Part shown: positions 14,094-24,884 of the stretch, piece after piece
Layout of the letters: every line of letters starts with the position of its first letter
Position numbering within the stretch: position 1 is the first letter of the stretch
Source: Bacillota bacterium
GTDB taxonomy: Bacteria; Bacillota; Clostridia; Christensenellales; DTU072
Direction: 5' to 3'
Length of the DNA stretch: 33,798 nt
Assembly: GCA_044426075.1 (NCBI GenBank)
Contig: JAWXUT010000004.1
Location: forward strand, 1-33,798
The notes under the pieces: generated by a model
Database searches by the model: none
What the model saw: the letters and a program-made list of their open reading frames with translations, nothing else
Told to the model about the DNA's origin: nothing
Program-made: the position numbers and the translations under genes

Positions 14094-14468
14094 ATGGCAG
14101 ATATTGCAAAATTTATTGAAGAAATCAAGACATTAACAGTTCTTGAATTAAATGATCTAGTTAAAGCACTAGAAGTAGAGTTCGGCGTAAGCGCAGCAGC
14201 ACAAGTTGCAGCAGGTGGCGCAGCAGTTGCTGAGGCAGCTCCAGTAGAAGAGAAAACAGAATTCGACGTTGTACTAGTTAGCGCTGGTAGCAACAAAATC
14301 GCTGTTATCAAAGCAGTTCGTGAAGCTGTTGGTGGCTTAGGTCTAGTTGAGGCTAAAGGTCTTGTTGAAGGCGCACCAAAAACACTTAAAGAAGGTCTTC
14401 CAAAAGACGCTGCAGACGCAATGGCTGAGAAGCTAAAAGCTGCTGGTGCAGAAGTTGAAGTTAAATAA
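14094..14468 (+). CDS. rplL: 50S ribosomal protein L7/L12
   Basis: [29 protein letters not shown]...[34 protein letters not shown]. Confidence 0.95.
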   Translation: MADIAKFIEEIKTLTVLELNDLVKALEVEFGVSAAAQVAAGGAAVAEAAPVEEKTEFDVVLVSAGSNKIAVIKAVREAVGGLGLVEAKGLVEGAPKTLKEGLPKDAADAMAEKLKAAGAEVEVK

Positions 14469-14483
14469 TTAAATATTTAGTTC

Positions 14484-14527
14484 AAAAAAACATAGCCCTT
14501 ATTACTTAGGTAATGGGGCTATTTTTT
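14484..14527. terminator. Bidirectional rho-independent terminator between convergent rplL and the DUF1540-like gene
   Basis: A7 run, long imperfect hairpin (atagccc...ggggctat with inner attac/gtaat pairing), then a T6 run. This gives a T-tract on both strands. Confidence 0.75.
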
Positions 14528-14550
14528 ATGAAGAAACAAGCGTTTATGGA

Positions 14551-14850
14551 TTATTTTAAGCGCGTTTTGCATTTTGTGCGCATCATATTATCTTGCACAA
14601 AAATAGAAGTTGCTCCGCAGCGGTTGTTTGAATTATACTGGCATTCTGCGTGGCATTGCACAGTTGCAGGAGCATCTTGCAGAAACTCATCACTTGCTTC
14701 AAGTTCGGCAAAAGTTTGTTCTAATGCACCACCAGCGCGCTTAATTTTACTTTGGCACTGCGCTTTATCATTAAATACAACCACCCCCGCATTGCAGTGT
14801 GATTTCAAATTATGTTGACAGTTTATTGTATTGCATTTTAATTGATTCAT
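14551..14850 (-). CDS. Cys-rich protein with two DUF1540-like repeats (99 aa)
   Basis: GAGGTG RBS. Two copies of the C-x3-C-x-[HY]-N-x4-C-x-A pattern (CNTINCQHNLKSHCNAGVVVF and CHAECQYNSNNRCGATSIFV). I recognise this as the Firmicute DUF1540 pattern. Confidence 0.6.
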   Translation of the reverse strand: MNQLKCNTINCQHNLKSHCNAGVVVFNDKAQCQSKIKRAGGALEQTFAELEASDEFLQDAPATVQCHAECQYNSNNRCGATSIFVQDNMMRTKCKTRLK

Positions 14851-14904
14851 AATTCACCTCAACTATATTATTAGAATATATGAGCAAATTATACATTGGT
14901 GGTA

Positions 14905-14933
14905 TTGACTTTTTGTTAAAATAGTGCTATTAT
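14905..14933 (+). promoter_or_regulatory. Promoter of rplI
   Basis: TTGACT(14905-14910), 17 nt, TGcTATTAT(14925-14933). Confidence 0.5.
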
Positions 14934-14980
14934 ATATTAACGAAGGTTTTATAACTGGGTTCGCCCAGAAAGGAGTTTAT

Positions 14981-15427
14981 ATGAAAGTTATTTTATCAGT
15001 TGATGTGCAAGGGCACGGCAAAAAAGGTGATGTAGTTACGGTTAATGACGGATATGCACGCAACTTCCTTTTGCCTAAAAAAATGGCGGTGGAAGCAACA
15101 AAGGCTATTCTTATCCAACATCAACAGATGTTAGATAAAGCGGCTCGCATTGCAGAAGAACAAAAGCAAGAGGCACTAGCGCTAGGCAAAAAAATTAGCG
15201 GCGCAACTATTGTTGTTCATGTTAGATGCGGTGACGGGAAAATGTATGGCAGTGTTACAACACAAGATATTTCAGATGCACTTAAAAGTGAGGGCTATGT
15301 TGTAGATAAAAAGAAAATTACAATTAAAGATCCTATTAAATCACCTGGAGTTTATGAAGTTAGCGTAAAAGTTTACAAAGAAACCGTTGTAAAGATTAAA
15401 GTTAGCGTAGTTGGCGACAAAGCATAA
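14981..15427 (+). CDS. rplI: 50S ribosomal protein L9
   Basis: ATG 14981 follows AAGGAG; the track start 14924 lies inside the promoter. MKVILSVDVQGHGKKGDVVTVNDGYARNFLLPKKMAVEAT is the canonical L9 N-terminus. Confidence 0.92.
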   Translation: MKVILSVDVQGHGKKGDVVTVNDGYARNFLLPKKMAVEATKAILIQHQQMLDKAARIAEEQKQEALALGKKISGATIVVHVRCGDGKMYGSVTTQDISDALKSEGYVVDKKKITIKDPIKSPGVYEVSVKVYKETVVKIKVSVVGDKA

Positions 15428-15436
15428 TATCAAAAT

Positions 15437-15471
15437 GGGCTGTAAAGAAAAAATCTTTGCAGCCCTTTTTT
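15437..15471 (+). terminator. Rho-independent terminator after rplI (may also serve the convergent ispDF)
   Basis: 12-bp stem gggctgtaaaga / tctttgcagccc (one G-U pair), A5 loop, T6 run. Confidence 0.8.
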
Positions 15472-15529
15472 AAGTTTAAGTTATAGTGAATAGTGAAGAA
15501 GTTTAGTATAATTCATTAAATTCACATGG

Positions 15530-16624
15530 TTATAAAATAGTTATAAGCGCGTGGCACGATATTGTGTTGGGCGCTGTTTTTTCGGTTGTTTTTGCAGATA
15601 TTGAGATGTTTGTTTGCGATATGTTTAATAGGGTGGATAAGTTGTTTCGCATAGCTTCAATGTGTGGTTGAAGTTTTGGATTATCTGCTATTATTATTAA
15701 ATTTACAGTTTGTATGCGTCTGTTGTGATTTGCAAAAATGCACAGTGCTTTTTCTAATAATATGGTGCTGGCTATGCCTTTAAATTGGGGGTCAGTGTCG
15801 CTAAAATGCGTGCCAATGTCACGCTCACCTATTGCGGAGAATAGCGCGTCAATTAATGCGTGCAAACAGAGGTCGCCGTCAGAATGGGCAACAATGCCAA
15901 GTGGCGAATCTATCTCTATTCCGCACAAAACTAGCTTGTTTCCTTCTGATAGACGGTGTAAATCGTATCCGCTGCCAATTTTAATTTGCGTGCCAACATA
16001 GTCGGCGGGGGTGGTTAGTTTGCGATTTTCGGGGTCGCCCTCAACTATGTGTGCGGGTTTTATAAATGTAGAATAGAGTTGACTTTCATCTGTAAAACTG
16101 GCGTTGCCTTTTAACGCGAATGCTCTTTTTATTTCTGCCGTGTTAAAGGCTTGAGGGGTGCTCACTGTGCATAACTTTTCGCGGGGGAAACCACTAACTA
16201 TGCATCCATTTTCACACTCGCATACACTATCTGTAACCGCCAATGCGGGAATTGCACTGCCGTATTTTTCAGCTGAATTGGCTAGCATTGCAATGTGATT
16301 TGGACGCACAAAGGGGCGCGCTCCGTCGTGAATTAACACTATAGGTGCGGTAACTTCCGCTAGTCCGTTTTGTACAGAAGCAGTGCGATTTTCTCCACCT
16401 TTTACAAATACTATTTCGTCAATATCCGACAACAAACTGCGTGCAGCTGCAATATCTTGTTCTTTTAACACCACAATTATGCGCGCAATACCTAGAACTC
16501 CGCAAAACGCTTGCACGCTACGGCGCAACACACTTTCTGTGCCAAGTGGCAAAAAAACCTTGTTTTCACCCATTCTAACACCATTGCCACCGCCTACGAT
16601 GACTGCATCAAATACCCTACGCAT
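15530..16624 (-). CDS. ispDF: Bifunctional IspD/IspF: 2-C-methyl-D-erythritol 4-phosphate cytidylyltransferase / MEcPP synthase
   Basis: The N-terminal half has AVIVGGGNGVRMG (IspD nucleotide-binding loop). The C-terminal half has IGSGYDLHRL...GIVAHSDGDLCLHALIDALFSAIGERDIGTHF (IspF zinc and substrate motifs). It is a single 364-aa ORF. Confidence 0.88.
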   Translation of the reverse strand: MRRVFDAVIVGGGNGVRMGENKVFLPLGTESVLRRSVQAFCGVLGIARIIVVLKEQDIAAARSLLSDIDEIVFVKGGENRTASVQNGLAEVTAPIVLIHDGARPFVRPNHIAMLANSAEKYGSAIPALAVTDSVCECENGCIVSGFPREKLCTVSTPQAFNTAEIKRAFALKGNASFTDESQLYSTFIKPAHIVEGDPENRKLTTPADYVGTQIKIGSGYDLHRLSEGNKLVLCGIEIDSPLGIVAHSDGDLCLHALIDALFSAIGERDIGTHFSDTDPQFKGIASTILLEKALCIFANHNRRIQTVNLIIIADNPKLQPHIEAMRNNLSTLLNISQTNISISAKTTEKTAPNTISCHALITIL

Positions 16625-16868
16625 CTATGATTGACTCGTACAAATCTTGTGCATCTGACTTAGATACATTGCCAACGGGCACCTTTGTAACCTTAAAAAA
16701 TACATCTTTATCGCCAAATCTGATGCCAATTACATCACCAACTTTTACTTCTTTGCTGGGTTTTGACTGCTTGCCATTTATGGTTATTCGGTCTGCGTCG
16801 CAGGCTTCGTTTGCCACTGTTCTGCGCTTTATTATGCGTGAAACTTTTAAATACTTATCTAATCTCAT
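16617..16868 (-). CDS. rqcP: S4-domain RNA-binding protein, YabO/RqcP family (ribosome quality control)
   Basis: MRLDKYLKVSRIIKRRTVANEACDADRITINGKQSKPSKEVKVGDVIGIRFG closely parallels B. subtilis YabO as I recall it (MRLDKFLKVSRLIKRRTLAKE...). Its end overlaps the ispDF start by 8 nt (ATGCGTAG). Confidence 0.8.
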   Translation of the reverse strand: MRLDKYLKVSRIIKRRTVANEACDADRITINGKQSKPSKEVKVGDVIGIRFGDKDVFFKVTKVPVGNVSKSDAQDLYESIIDA

Positions 16869-16888
16869 CTATATTTACCTCACTAAAA

Positions 16889-16917
16889 ATTATACCATAT
16901 AGCGCGAAAAAATTCAA
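16889..16917 (-). promoter_or_regulatory. Promoter of rqcP-ispDF (minus strand)
   Basis: Minus strand reads TTGAAT, 17 nt, TGgTATAAT, then GTGAGG RBS and the ATG. Confidence 0.6.
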
Positions 16918-17143
16918 GAGCATAATGCGGTTTGTGTGGTTAATTTGCAAAGAAACACCGCGCTAGCAACTATCCTCGGTAATTTAAAAGTAAAACTTTT
17001 AAAATATTTACATAAAAATATGAAAATTTCATTGGTGAATAATGGCAAAAACTGGTGGATTTTGCGGTGTTTTTTGTCGGAATTATAAGGCGAAAACTGG
17101 TAAAAAAATATTTATATATATATTATATATTAATAATAATCGC

Positions 17144-17172
17144 TTGACCGCTATGAATTATTGTGGTATAAT
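17144..17172 (+). promoter_or_regulatory. Promoter of rpoB-rpoC
   Basis: TTGACC(17144-17149), 17 nt, TGgTATAAT(17164-17172). A ~154-nt leader follows. Confidence 0.65.
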
Positions 17173-17326
17173 GTTAAAATCGTGAACTATGCGGGCAAGA
17201 GCCAAAAAAATCTCCTAAATATCTAAATTTTGGGGATATAGGGGGTTTTGTCGCATTTTTGCACGAAAAAAATATATTGTGTTGTTTTTTAGCGCAATAT
17301 GCAATAATTTCAAAGGAGCGTACAAG

Positions 17327-20300
17327 ATGTCATCAATACACAAAGTACAACGCGGTAAAGTTGAAAGAATGTCTTTTGGTAAAATTAAAGATATACTTCA
17401 AGTCCCCTATCTTATCGAGGTTCAAAAGAAGTCATATGAGAATTTCTTCAAATATGGCATAAGAGAGGTGCTTGACGATTTTTCACCAATTTCTGACAAC
17501 AACAACGGCAGGTTAGAATTGGAATTTTTGGAACACACCATTGGTGCAAAAGGAAAATACTCACTAGCTGAGTGTAAAAACCGTGATGCAACATATGAAC
17601 TTCCATTACGTGTAAAATTAAGACTTACCAACAAAGAAACAGGACAAAAACTTGAGCAAGTTGTTTTTATGGGAGACTTCCCAAAAATGACCGACAACGG
17701 TACATTTATTATCAACGGTTCAGAGCGTGTTGTAGTTAGCCAATTGGGTAGAAGCCCAGGTGTTAACACAGTTTTAAATGAAAAAGGTGGTTTTGACACA
17801 TCATTGCATCCATACAGAGGTGCTTGGTTAGAATTTATGCAAGATATCAGCAACAGCACTGGTGCAGTTACTTTATCTGTTCGCGTAGATAGAAACAAAA
17901 AGATTACAGCAACCTTACTATTGAGGGCATTGGGATATGGCAGCAACGAAGTTTTGGCTGAGTTGTTTGATAACGATCCAATTATTGCAGCTACATGTTT
18001 AAAAGACGGTTCAACTAGCAACAGCAGTGATGCTAGGCGTGATGTATACTTGAAGCTTCGTCAAGGCGAGCAAACAAGTAATGCAGCGTTTGATAACCAC
18101 TTAAAGAATGTATTTTACGATGTAAAGCGTTATGACCTTTCAAGAGTTGGTCGTTACAAATACAACCAATACTTGGGTCTAGCAAGGCGCATTGAAGGAT
18201 TGGTTGCTGCAGAAGATGTTATTTATAACGGAGAAGTACTTGCAGAAGCTGGTGCAGAAATCGATAAAGAGACAGCACTTGTTATCCAAAACACTGGTAT
18301 GAGTTTTGTTAGGGTTGAGCTTGAAAATGGCAAAATCTGCAAAATTATAGGTAACCGCACGGTTGATTTGGGCGCATACATTGATTGTGACCCTAAAACA
18401 CTTGGCGTGTTAGAACACGTATATTATCCAAACCTATTGCCACTACTTGAAGAGTATGCAGACGATATGGAAGGCTTGAAAGTTGCAATAAAAGAAAATG
18501 CTAAAACATTGGTTTTAAAGCATATTTCTATTGATGACATCATTGCAGCTGTAAGTTACAACTTGAATATGCGTGCCATGACTTCAGCCGGCATACTTGA
18601 AATTGACAACATCGATCACTTGGCAAATCGTCGTGTACGTGCTGTTGGTGAGTTGTTGCAAAACCAATTCCGTTTGGGTATGGCAAGGTTAGAGAGAGTT
18701 GTTAAAGAGAGAATGAACATCACTGATGTTAACGAAGTAACAGCACAATCATTGATTAATATCAGACCAGTATCTGCTGCAATCCGCGAGTTTTTCGGCA
18801 GTTCACAGTTGTCACAATTTATGGATCAACCAAACCCAATTGCAGAATTGACACATAAAAGGAAATTATCTGCTTTAGGACCTGGTGGTTTGAACAGAGA
18901 GCGTGCGGGCTTTGAAGTTCGTGACGTTCACCATACTCACTACGGCAGAATGTGTCCTATTGAAACTCCAGAAGGACAAAACATTGGTCTTATTACATCA
19001 CTAAGTTCATATGCAAGAGTAAATGAATACGGTTTTATTGAATCTCCTTATCGTAGAGTAGATAAAGCAACTGGTGTTGTTACAGAAGAAGTTGTATATT
19101 TAGATGCAGCTTTAGAAGATAAATATATTATCGCTCAAGCAAATGAGCCATTGACAGAAGACGGACATTTTGTTCATACAAGGGTAACTTGCCGTCACAA
19201 AGAAGATATTAAAGAGTATCACGCAGAAGATATCGATTTTATGGACGTATCTCCACAACAATTGGTATCAATTGCAGCATCTCTAATTCCTTTCTTAGAA
19301 AACGATGATGCTAACCGCGCATTGATGGGATCAAACATGCAACGCCAAGCTGTGCCACTTTTAAAACCACAAGCTCCAATTATCGGAACTGGTATGGAAT
19401 ACAAAGTTGCCCACGATAGTGGTGTATGTATTTTAGCACAAGAAGACGGTGTAGTAACATATGTAAGTGCAAACCGCATTGTTATTACTGACGCAGAAGG
19501 TTTTGAGCATAGTTATGAATTGTCTAAATTCGCTTGCAGCAACCAAGGCACTTGTATCAACCAAAAACCACTTGTTCACAAAGGTGATATAGTTAAAAAA
19601 GATGATACACTTGCTGACGGACCTAGCACAGAAAACGGCGAGTTAGCTTTAGGTAGAAATATTCTTATCGGATTTATGACTTGGGAAGGTTACAACTACG
19701 AAGATGCTATCTTGATTTCTGAAGATATCGTTAAAGAAGATGTATTTACAAGTATCCATATTGAAAAATATGAATTAGAATGCCGCGATACAAAACTTGG
19801 CGAAGAGCAAATTACAAGAGATATCCCTAACGTAGGTGAAGATATGCTTAAATACCTTGACGAAGACGGCGTTATAACCGTGGGCGCAGAGGTAAGAAGT
19901 GGCGATTATCTAGTAGGTAAAGTTACACCAAAGGGTGAAACAGAGCCAACTCCAGAAGAGCGTTTGCTTAAAGCAATTTTCGGCGACAAGGCACGTGAGG
20001 TTCGTGATGTATCTCTAAAGGTTCCAAACGGAAGCGGTGGTATTGTTGTTGATGTTAAGGTTTTCACAAGAGAGAATAAAGACGAGTTAGATCCAGGCGT
20101 AAACAAACTAGTTCGCGTATATATCGCACAAAAACGTAAAATTGGCGTGGGCGATAAGATGGCTGGACGACACGGAAACAAGGGTGTTATCTCACGCGTA
20201 TTACCTCGTGAAGATATGCCATTTATGGCAGACGGCACACCACTACAAATCGTGCTTAACCCACTAGGCGTTCCTAGCCGTATGAATATCGGACAAGTTC

Positions 20301-21199
20301 TAGAAGTTCACTTAGGTCTAGTAGCAAATATGCTTGGATTTAAAGTTGCAACTCCAGTTTTCGACGGTGCGTCTGAAAATGATATTAAAGAGTTGTTTGA
20401 ACAAAATAACCTACCAAACAATGGTAAATTGCAATTGTTTGACGGCAGAACCGGTGAACCATTTGAAAACACAGTTACAGTTGGATATATGTATATGCTA
20501 AAACTTATCCACTTGGTTGATGACAAAATTCACGCTCGTTCAGTTGGACCATACAGTTTGGTTACACAACAACCTTTGGGTGGTAAAGCTCAATTTGGTG
20601 GACAACGTTTCGGTGAGATGGAAGTTTGGGCATTGGAAGCATATGGTGCTGCTAATATCCTACAAGAAGTTCTTACAGTTAAGTCAGATGACGTTATGGG
20701 TCGCCAAAAGATATTCGATAGCATTATGAAACAAAATGTTACAGCAGAACCTGGTTTACCAGAGGCATTTAAAGTTCTTAAAAAAGAGATGCAAAGTTTG
20801 TGCTTAGAGATTAAACTTCTAAATGAAGGAAGTGAAGAAGTTACTCTTGGTGACAGCTACGATGACGATAAAGAGTTCGTTTCATCTGCAACTAAGAGCA
20901 GTGAAGAGGTTGTTGATGTATTCGGTGGCGAAGCTAGCGACATTGGTGACAGCGCGTTTGGCGGATTGTTCGGTGACGACGACGCAGACGATGATGCACT
21001 AGGCGGATTGTTCGGCAGTCTTGCTGGTGAAGGTGGATTGCTAGGTGACGACTTCGATGATGACTTTATGGATAAAGACGACATTTTTGAAGACGACACA
21101 GAAAGCGATTTAGAAGATGATTACGAGTCAGAGGACGATTACAACGGAGTAGAAGCTCTACTACAAGGTGAGTTCGACGATGACGACTCAAACAATTAG
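17327..21199 (+). CDS. rpoB: DNA-directed RNA polymerase subunit beta, with a ~125-aa hyperacidic C-terminal extension
   Basis: ATG 17327 follows AAGGAG (17313-17318) by 8 nt; the track start GTG 17279 is unsupported. The sequence carries canonical beta-subunit motifs throughout (e.g. [36 protein letters not shown]). Confidence 0.97.
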   Translation: MSSIHKVQRGKVERMSFGKIKDILQVPYLIEVQKKSYENFFKYGIREVLDDFSPISDNNNGRLELEFLEHTIGAKGKYSLAECKNRDATYELPLRVKLRLTNKETGQKLEQVVFMGDFPKMTDNGTFIINGSERVVVSQLGRSPGVNTVLNEKGGFDTSLHPYRGAWLEFMQDISNSTGAVTLSVRVDRNKKITATLLLRALGYGSNEVLAELFDNDPIIAATCLKDGSTSNSSDARRDVYLKLRQGEQTSNAAFDNHLKNVFYDVKRYDLSRVGRYKYNQYLGLARRIEGLVAAEDVIYNGEVLAEAGAEIDKETALVIQNTGMSFVRVELENGKICKIIGNRTVDLGAYIDCDPKTLGVLEHVYYPNLLPLLEEYADDMEGLKVAIKENAKTLVLKHISIDDIIAAVSYNLNMRAMTSAGILEIDNIDHLANRRVRAVGELLQNQFRLGMARLERVVKERMNITDVNEVTAQSLINIRPVSAAIREFFGSSQLSQFMDQPNPIAELTHKRKLSALGPGGLNRERAGFEVRDVHHTHYGRMCPIETPEGQNIGLITSLSSYARVNEYGFIESPYRRVDKATGVVTEEVVYLDAALEDKYIIAQANEPLTEDGHFVHTRVTCRHKEDIKEYHAEDIDFMDVSPQQLVSIAASLIPFLENDDANRALMGSNMQRQAVPLLKPQAPIIGTGMEYKVAHDSGVCILAQEDGVVTYVSANRIVITDAEGFEHSYELSKFACSNQGTCINQKPLVHKGDIVKKDDTLADGPSTENGELALGRNILIGFMTWEGYNYEDAILISEDIVKEDVFTSIHIEKYELECRDTKLGEEQITRDIPNVGEDMLKYLDEDGVITVGAEVRSGDYLVGKVTPKGETEPTPEERLLKAIFGDKAREVRDVSLKVPNGSGGIVVDVKVFTRENKDELDPGVNKLVRVYIAQKRKIGVGDKMAGRHGNKGVISRVLPREDMPFMADGTPLQIVLNPLGVPSRMNIGQVLEVHLGLVANMLGFKVATPVFDGASENDIKELFEQNNLPNNGKLQLFDGRTGEPFENTVTVGYMYMLKLIHLVDDKIHARSVGPYSLVTQQPLGGKAQFGGQRFGEMEVWALEAYGAANILQEVLTVKSDDVMGRQKIFDSIMKQNVTAEPGLPEAFKVLKKEMQSLCLEIKLLNEGSEEVTLGDSYDDDKEFVSSATKSSEEVVDVFGGEASDIGDSAFGGLFGDDDADDDALGGLFGSLAGEGGLLGDDFDDDFMDKDDIFEDDTESDLEDDYESEDDYNGVEALLQGEFDDDDSNN

Positions 21200-21211
21200 T
21201 GAGGTAACAAT

Positions 21212-24200
21212 ATGAGTGAAATGAACAGCTTTGATGCAATACAGATTAAACTTGCTTCGCCAGAAAAGATCAGAGAATGGTCTTATGGCGAGGTTACAAA
21301 ACCCGAAACAATAAATTACAGAACACAAAAACCAGAAAAAGATGGTTTATTCTGTGAGAAAATATTTGGACCTCAACGCGACTATGAGTGTCATTGCGGC
21401 AAGTACAAAAGAATAAGATATAAAGGCGTTATTTGCGACAAGTGTGGCGTAGAAGTTACAAAGAGCAAAGTTCGTCGTGAAAGAATGGGACACATTGAAC
21501 TTGCTGCCCCAGTAACACATATTTGGTATTCAAGAGGAGTACCTGGCAGAATCAGCAGAATTTTGGATATGACTCCAAAGCACGTTGAGCAAGTAATTTA
21601 TTTTGCGGCTTCAATCGTTGTTGACCCAGGTAAATCTAACTTTGCATTTAAGCAAGTTATCCGTGAAGAAGAATATCGCAAAGCTCTTGAGGAGTTTGGC
21701 GAAGACGGTTTCAAAGTAGGCTGGGGTGCTGAGGCAATTAAAGGTCTATTAATGGATATCGATCTTGAAAAAGAGAGTGTAGAACTTAGAGAGATGATTG
21801 CGGCAGCTACAACTGGTGTTGGCAAAGAGAGCAAAGTAAAATCTCAAAAATTAATAAACGCTGCAAGAAAACTAGAAATAGTTGAAGCATTCAGACAAGG
21901 TGGCAACCGCCCAGAATGGATGGTGCTAGATGTTATTCCAGTTATCCCACCAGAATTGCGCCCAATGGTTCAATTAGACGGTGGCAGATTTGCTACTAGT
22001 GACTTGAATGAACTTTACAGAAGAGTTATAAACAGAAACAATCGTTTGACACGTATGATGGACAGCGGTGCACCTGATATAGTTGTTCGCAACGAAAAGA
22101 GGATGTTGCAAGAAGCTGTTGACGCGTTGATTGATAACGGCAGACACGGCAGAGCTATTACTGGCCCTGGCAACCGTAACTTGAAATCACTTTCAAATAT
22201 GCTAAGTGGTAAACAAGGTCGTTTCCGTCAAAACCTACTAGGAAAACGTGTTGACTACTCTGGCCGTTCGGTTATCGTTGTTGGACCCGAACTAAAGTTG
22301 TATCAATGTGGTTTGCCTAAAGAAATGGCTCTTGAATTGTTCAAACCATTTATCTTCCGTAAATTAGTTGATCAAGGTATTTGTCAAAACATTAAAACTG
22401 CAAGAAAGGCAGTTGAGCGTACCAAACCTCAAGTTTGGGATATCCTAGAAGACGTTATTAAAGATCACCCAGTTCTTTTGAACCGTGCTCCAACACTTCA
22501 CAGATTGGGTATTCAAGCGTTTGAACCTATCCTTGTTGAGGGTCGTGCTATCAAGTTGCACCCATTGGTTTGTTCTGCTTTTAACGCCGACTTCGACGGT
22601 GACCAAATGTCAGTTCACGTTCCACTTTCAGTTGCAGCACAAGTTGAAGCTAGATTCCTTATGTTATCAACAAACAACATCTTAAAGTTGTCTGACGGTA
22701 AGCCTATTATCAGCCCAACTCAAGATATGATCATCGGTAGTTACTATCTAACTCAAGATAAACCTGGCGCGAAGGGCGAAGGCAGATGTTTTATTAACGA
22801 AGATGAGGCTAAAATGGCTTATCAAGTTAAAGAAATTGAGTTGCAAACAGCTATTCAAGTTCGTGTAACTAAAGAAATTAATGGTGTTACTATCCAAAAA
22901 CGTATTCCAACCACTGTAGGTAGAATCATATTTAATGAAGCTATTCCACAAGATCTTGGATTTACGGCTCGTAACACAGATGAAGATATGCTAAAATATG
23001 AAATCGATTTCCAAGTTGGCAAAAAACAACTTTCAGAAATTGTTGCAAGATGTTTCAAAAAACATGGCGCAGTTGAAGTTAGCAAAATGCTTGACCTTAT
23101 CAAATCAATTGGTTTCAAATACAGCACAATTGGTGCAATAACTGCATCAGTATTCGATATGCAAATCCCAAGCAGTAAGCAAACTATTCTTGACGCAGCT
23201 GATAAAGCGGTTGAGGCTCGTGAAAAAGCTTATATGCGTGGTGAACTTACTGAAGAAGAGCGTTATAAAGAGACAATTAGCATTTGGGAGCAAGCTACAA
23301 ACCAAGTTGCTAAAGATCTAGAAGATAACTTTAAAAACTTTGATAAATGCAATCCTATCTGGATGATGGCTGACTCTGGCGCTCGTGGTAGCATGCAACA
23401 GATCAAACAACTTTCTGGTATGCGTGGATTGATGGCTGATCCTACAGGTAAAACTATCGAAATCCCTGTTAAATCTTCTTTCCGTGAAGGTCTATCAGTT
23501 GTTGAGTACTTTATCTCTTCACACGGATCACGTAAAGGTGGTGCTGATACCGCTCTAAAAACAGCTGACTCAGGTTACCTAACCCGTAGGCTTGTTGACG
23601 TTGCTCACGATGTTATCATTAAAGAAGAAGATTGTGGCGACACTCGCGGTTTTGTAGTTAAAGCTATTGTTAGTCCAGTTGGTAAAGTTGTTGAAGGACT
23701 TGCTTTGCGTATTGCTGGTAGATATGTTGTTCACGACGTTGTTGATCCAGTTACTGGTGAAATATTAGCTGCAGCTGACACAATGATTTCTGAAGAAATG
23801 GCAGTTGTTATCGATAAGGCTGGTGTTGAACAAGTTACTATCCGTAGCGCACTTACATGTAAATCAAAACAAGGCATCTGTGCAAAATGTTACGGTGCTA
23901 ATATGTCTAGTTGGAATCCAGTTAAACTTGGTGAGGCTGTTGGTATTATCGCAGCTCAATCAATCGGTGAACCTGGTACACAGCTTACAATGAGAACGTT
24001 CCATACCGGTGGTGTTGCGTCTGGCGCTGATATCACACAAGGTTTGCCTCGTGTCGTTGAGTTGTTTGAAGCTAGAAAACCTAAGGGTGAAGCTGTTATC
24101 ACAGATATCAAAGGTACTGCTACAGTAAGAGTTGATACTACTGGTGAGACTCCTGTAACTATAGTTACTGTTGTTCGAGATGGCCACGTTGTGGATCCTA

Positions 24201-24877
24201 AAGACACTAAAAACGAAAATATGATGGTTTATAAATTACCTGCAAAGAGCACTGTTCTTGTAAAAGACGGTCAAGCTGTTGAAGCTGGTGATATGCTAAC
24301 ACTAGGTAGCGTAAACCCACAAGATATTTTGCGTACAAAGGGTGTTCAAGGTGTTCAAGAAGCTATGATTCGTGAAGTTCAATCTGCATATGAGTCAAAC
24401 GGTGTTAACATCAATGACAAACATATTGAAGTTATCGTAAGACAAATGTTGCGTAAAGTTAAAGTTAATGATCCACGCGACACAACACTTCTTATGAATG
24501 AACAAGTAAATATCGTTACTTTTGAAGAAGAGAACGAGAGAGTGCTAGAAGAAGGCGGACTACCAGCTATGGCAAACCGTATCTTGCTAGGTATCACTAA
24601 AGCTTCACTTGCTACATCATCATTCCTATCAGCTGCATCTTTCCAAGAAACAGCAAAAGTGCTAACCGAAGCTGCTATTAAGAGCAAGGTTGACCACTTG
24701 GTTGGTTTGAAAGAAAACGTTATTATCGGTAAGTTGATTCCAGCGGGAACTGGTATGATGCAATACCGCAATGTAGGAATTGAAAAAACTGCTGTTGATA
24801 TCGACATAGATGAAGAAACAGTGGAAGAGTACAAAACGGACCATATCGACGATTCATATGATCCAGACGAGGAATAA
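21212..24877 (+). CDS. rpoC: DNA-directed RNA polymerase subunit beta-prime
   Basis: Zinc-finger [20 protein letters not shown], catalytic NADFDGDQM, and trigger-loop/bridge-helix regions; GAGG RBS. Confidence 0.97.
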   Translation: MSEMNSFDAIQIKLASPEKIREWSYGEVTKPETINYRTQKPEKDGLFCEKIFGPQRDYECHCGKYKRIRYKGVICDKCGVEVTKSKVRRERMGHIELAAPVTHIWYSRGVPGRISRILDMTPKHVEQVIYFAASIVVDPGKSNFAFKQVIREEEYRKALEEFGEDGFKVGWGAEAIKGLLMDIDLEKESVELREMIAAATTGVGKESKVKSQKLINAARKLEIVEAFRQGGNRPEWMVLDVIPVIPPELRPMVQLDGGRFATSDLNELYRRVINRNNRLTRMMDSGAPDIVVRNEKRMLQEAVDALIDNGRHGRAITGPGNRNLKSLSNMLSGKQGRFRQNLLGKRVDYSGRSVIVVGPELKLYQCGLPKEMALELFKPFIFRKLVDQGICQNIKTARKAVERTKPQVWDILEDVIKDHPVLLNRAPTLHRLGIQAFEPILVEGRAIKLHPLVCSAFNADFDGDQMSVHVPLSVAAQVEARFLMLSTNNILKLSDGKPIISPTQDMIIGSYYLTQDKPGAKGEGRCFINEDEAKMAYQVKEIELQTAIQVRVTKEINGVTIQKRIPTTVGRIIFNEAIPQDLGFTARNTDEDMLKYEIDFQVGKKQLSEIVARCFKKHGAVEVSKMLDLIKSIGFKYSTIGAITASVFDMQIPSSKQTILDAADKAVEAREKAYMRGELTEEERYKETISIWEQATNQVAKDLEDNFKNFDKCNPIWMMADSGARGSMQQIKQLSGMRGLMADPTGKTIEIPVKSSFREGLSVVEYFISSHGSRKGGADTALKTADSGYLTRRLVDVAHDVIIKEEDCGDTRGFVVKAIVSPVGKVVEGLALRIAGRYVVHDVVDPVTGEILAAADTMISEEMAVVIDKAGVEQVTIRSALTCKSKQGICAKCYGANMSSWNPVKLGEAVGIIAAQSIGEPGTQLTMRTFHTGGVASGADITQGLPRVVELFEARKPKGEAVITDIKGTATVRVDTTGETPVTIVTVVRDGHVVDPKDTKNENMMVYKLPAKSTVLVKDGQAVEAGDMLTLGSVNPQDILRTKGVQGVQEAMIREVQSAYESNGVNINDKHIEVIVRQMLRKVKVNDPRDTTLLMNEQVNIVTFEEENERVLEEGGLPAMANRILLGITKASLATSSFLSAASFQETAKVLTEAAIKSKVDHLVGLKENVIIGKLIPAGTGMMQYRNVGIEKTAVDIDIDEETVEEYKTDHIDDSYDPDEE

Positions 24878-24884
24878 TTTTTAA

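Noticed and set aside
14513-14818. 101-aa plus-strand ORF
   Set aside because: It starts inside the rplL terminator hairpin and has no RBS. It is antisense to the DUF1540-like gene, which has an RBS and a recognisable duplicated Cys motif.
16627-16966. Plus-strand ORFs 16627..16902 and 16763..16966
   Set aside because: They are antisense to rqcP and its promoter, with no RBS and no recognisable motifs.
17422-24844. Numerous minus-strand and off-frame ORFs within rpoB and rpoC (e.g. 17422..18021, 19906..20238, 20857..21099, 24379..24834)
   Set aside because: They are embedded in highly conserved RNAP coding sequence, their translations are low-complexity, and they lack translation signals.
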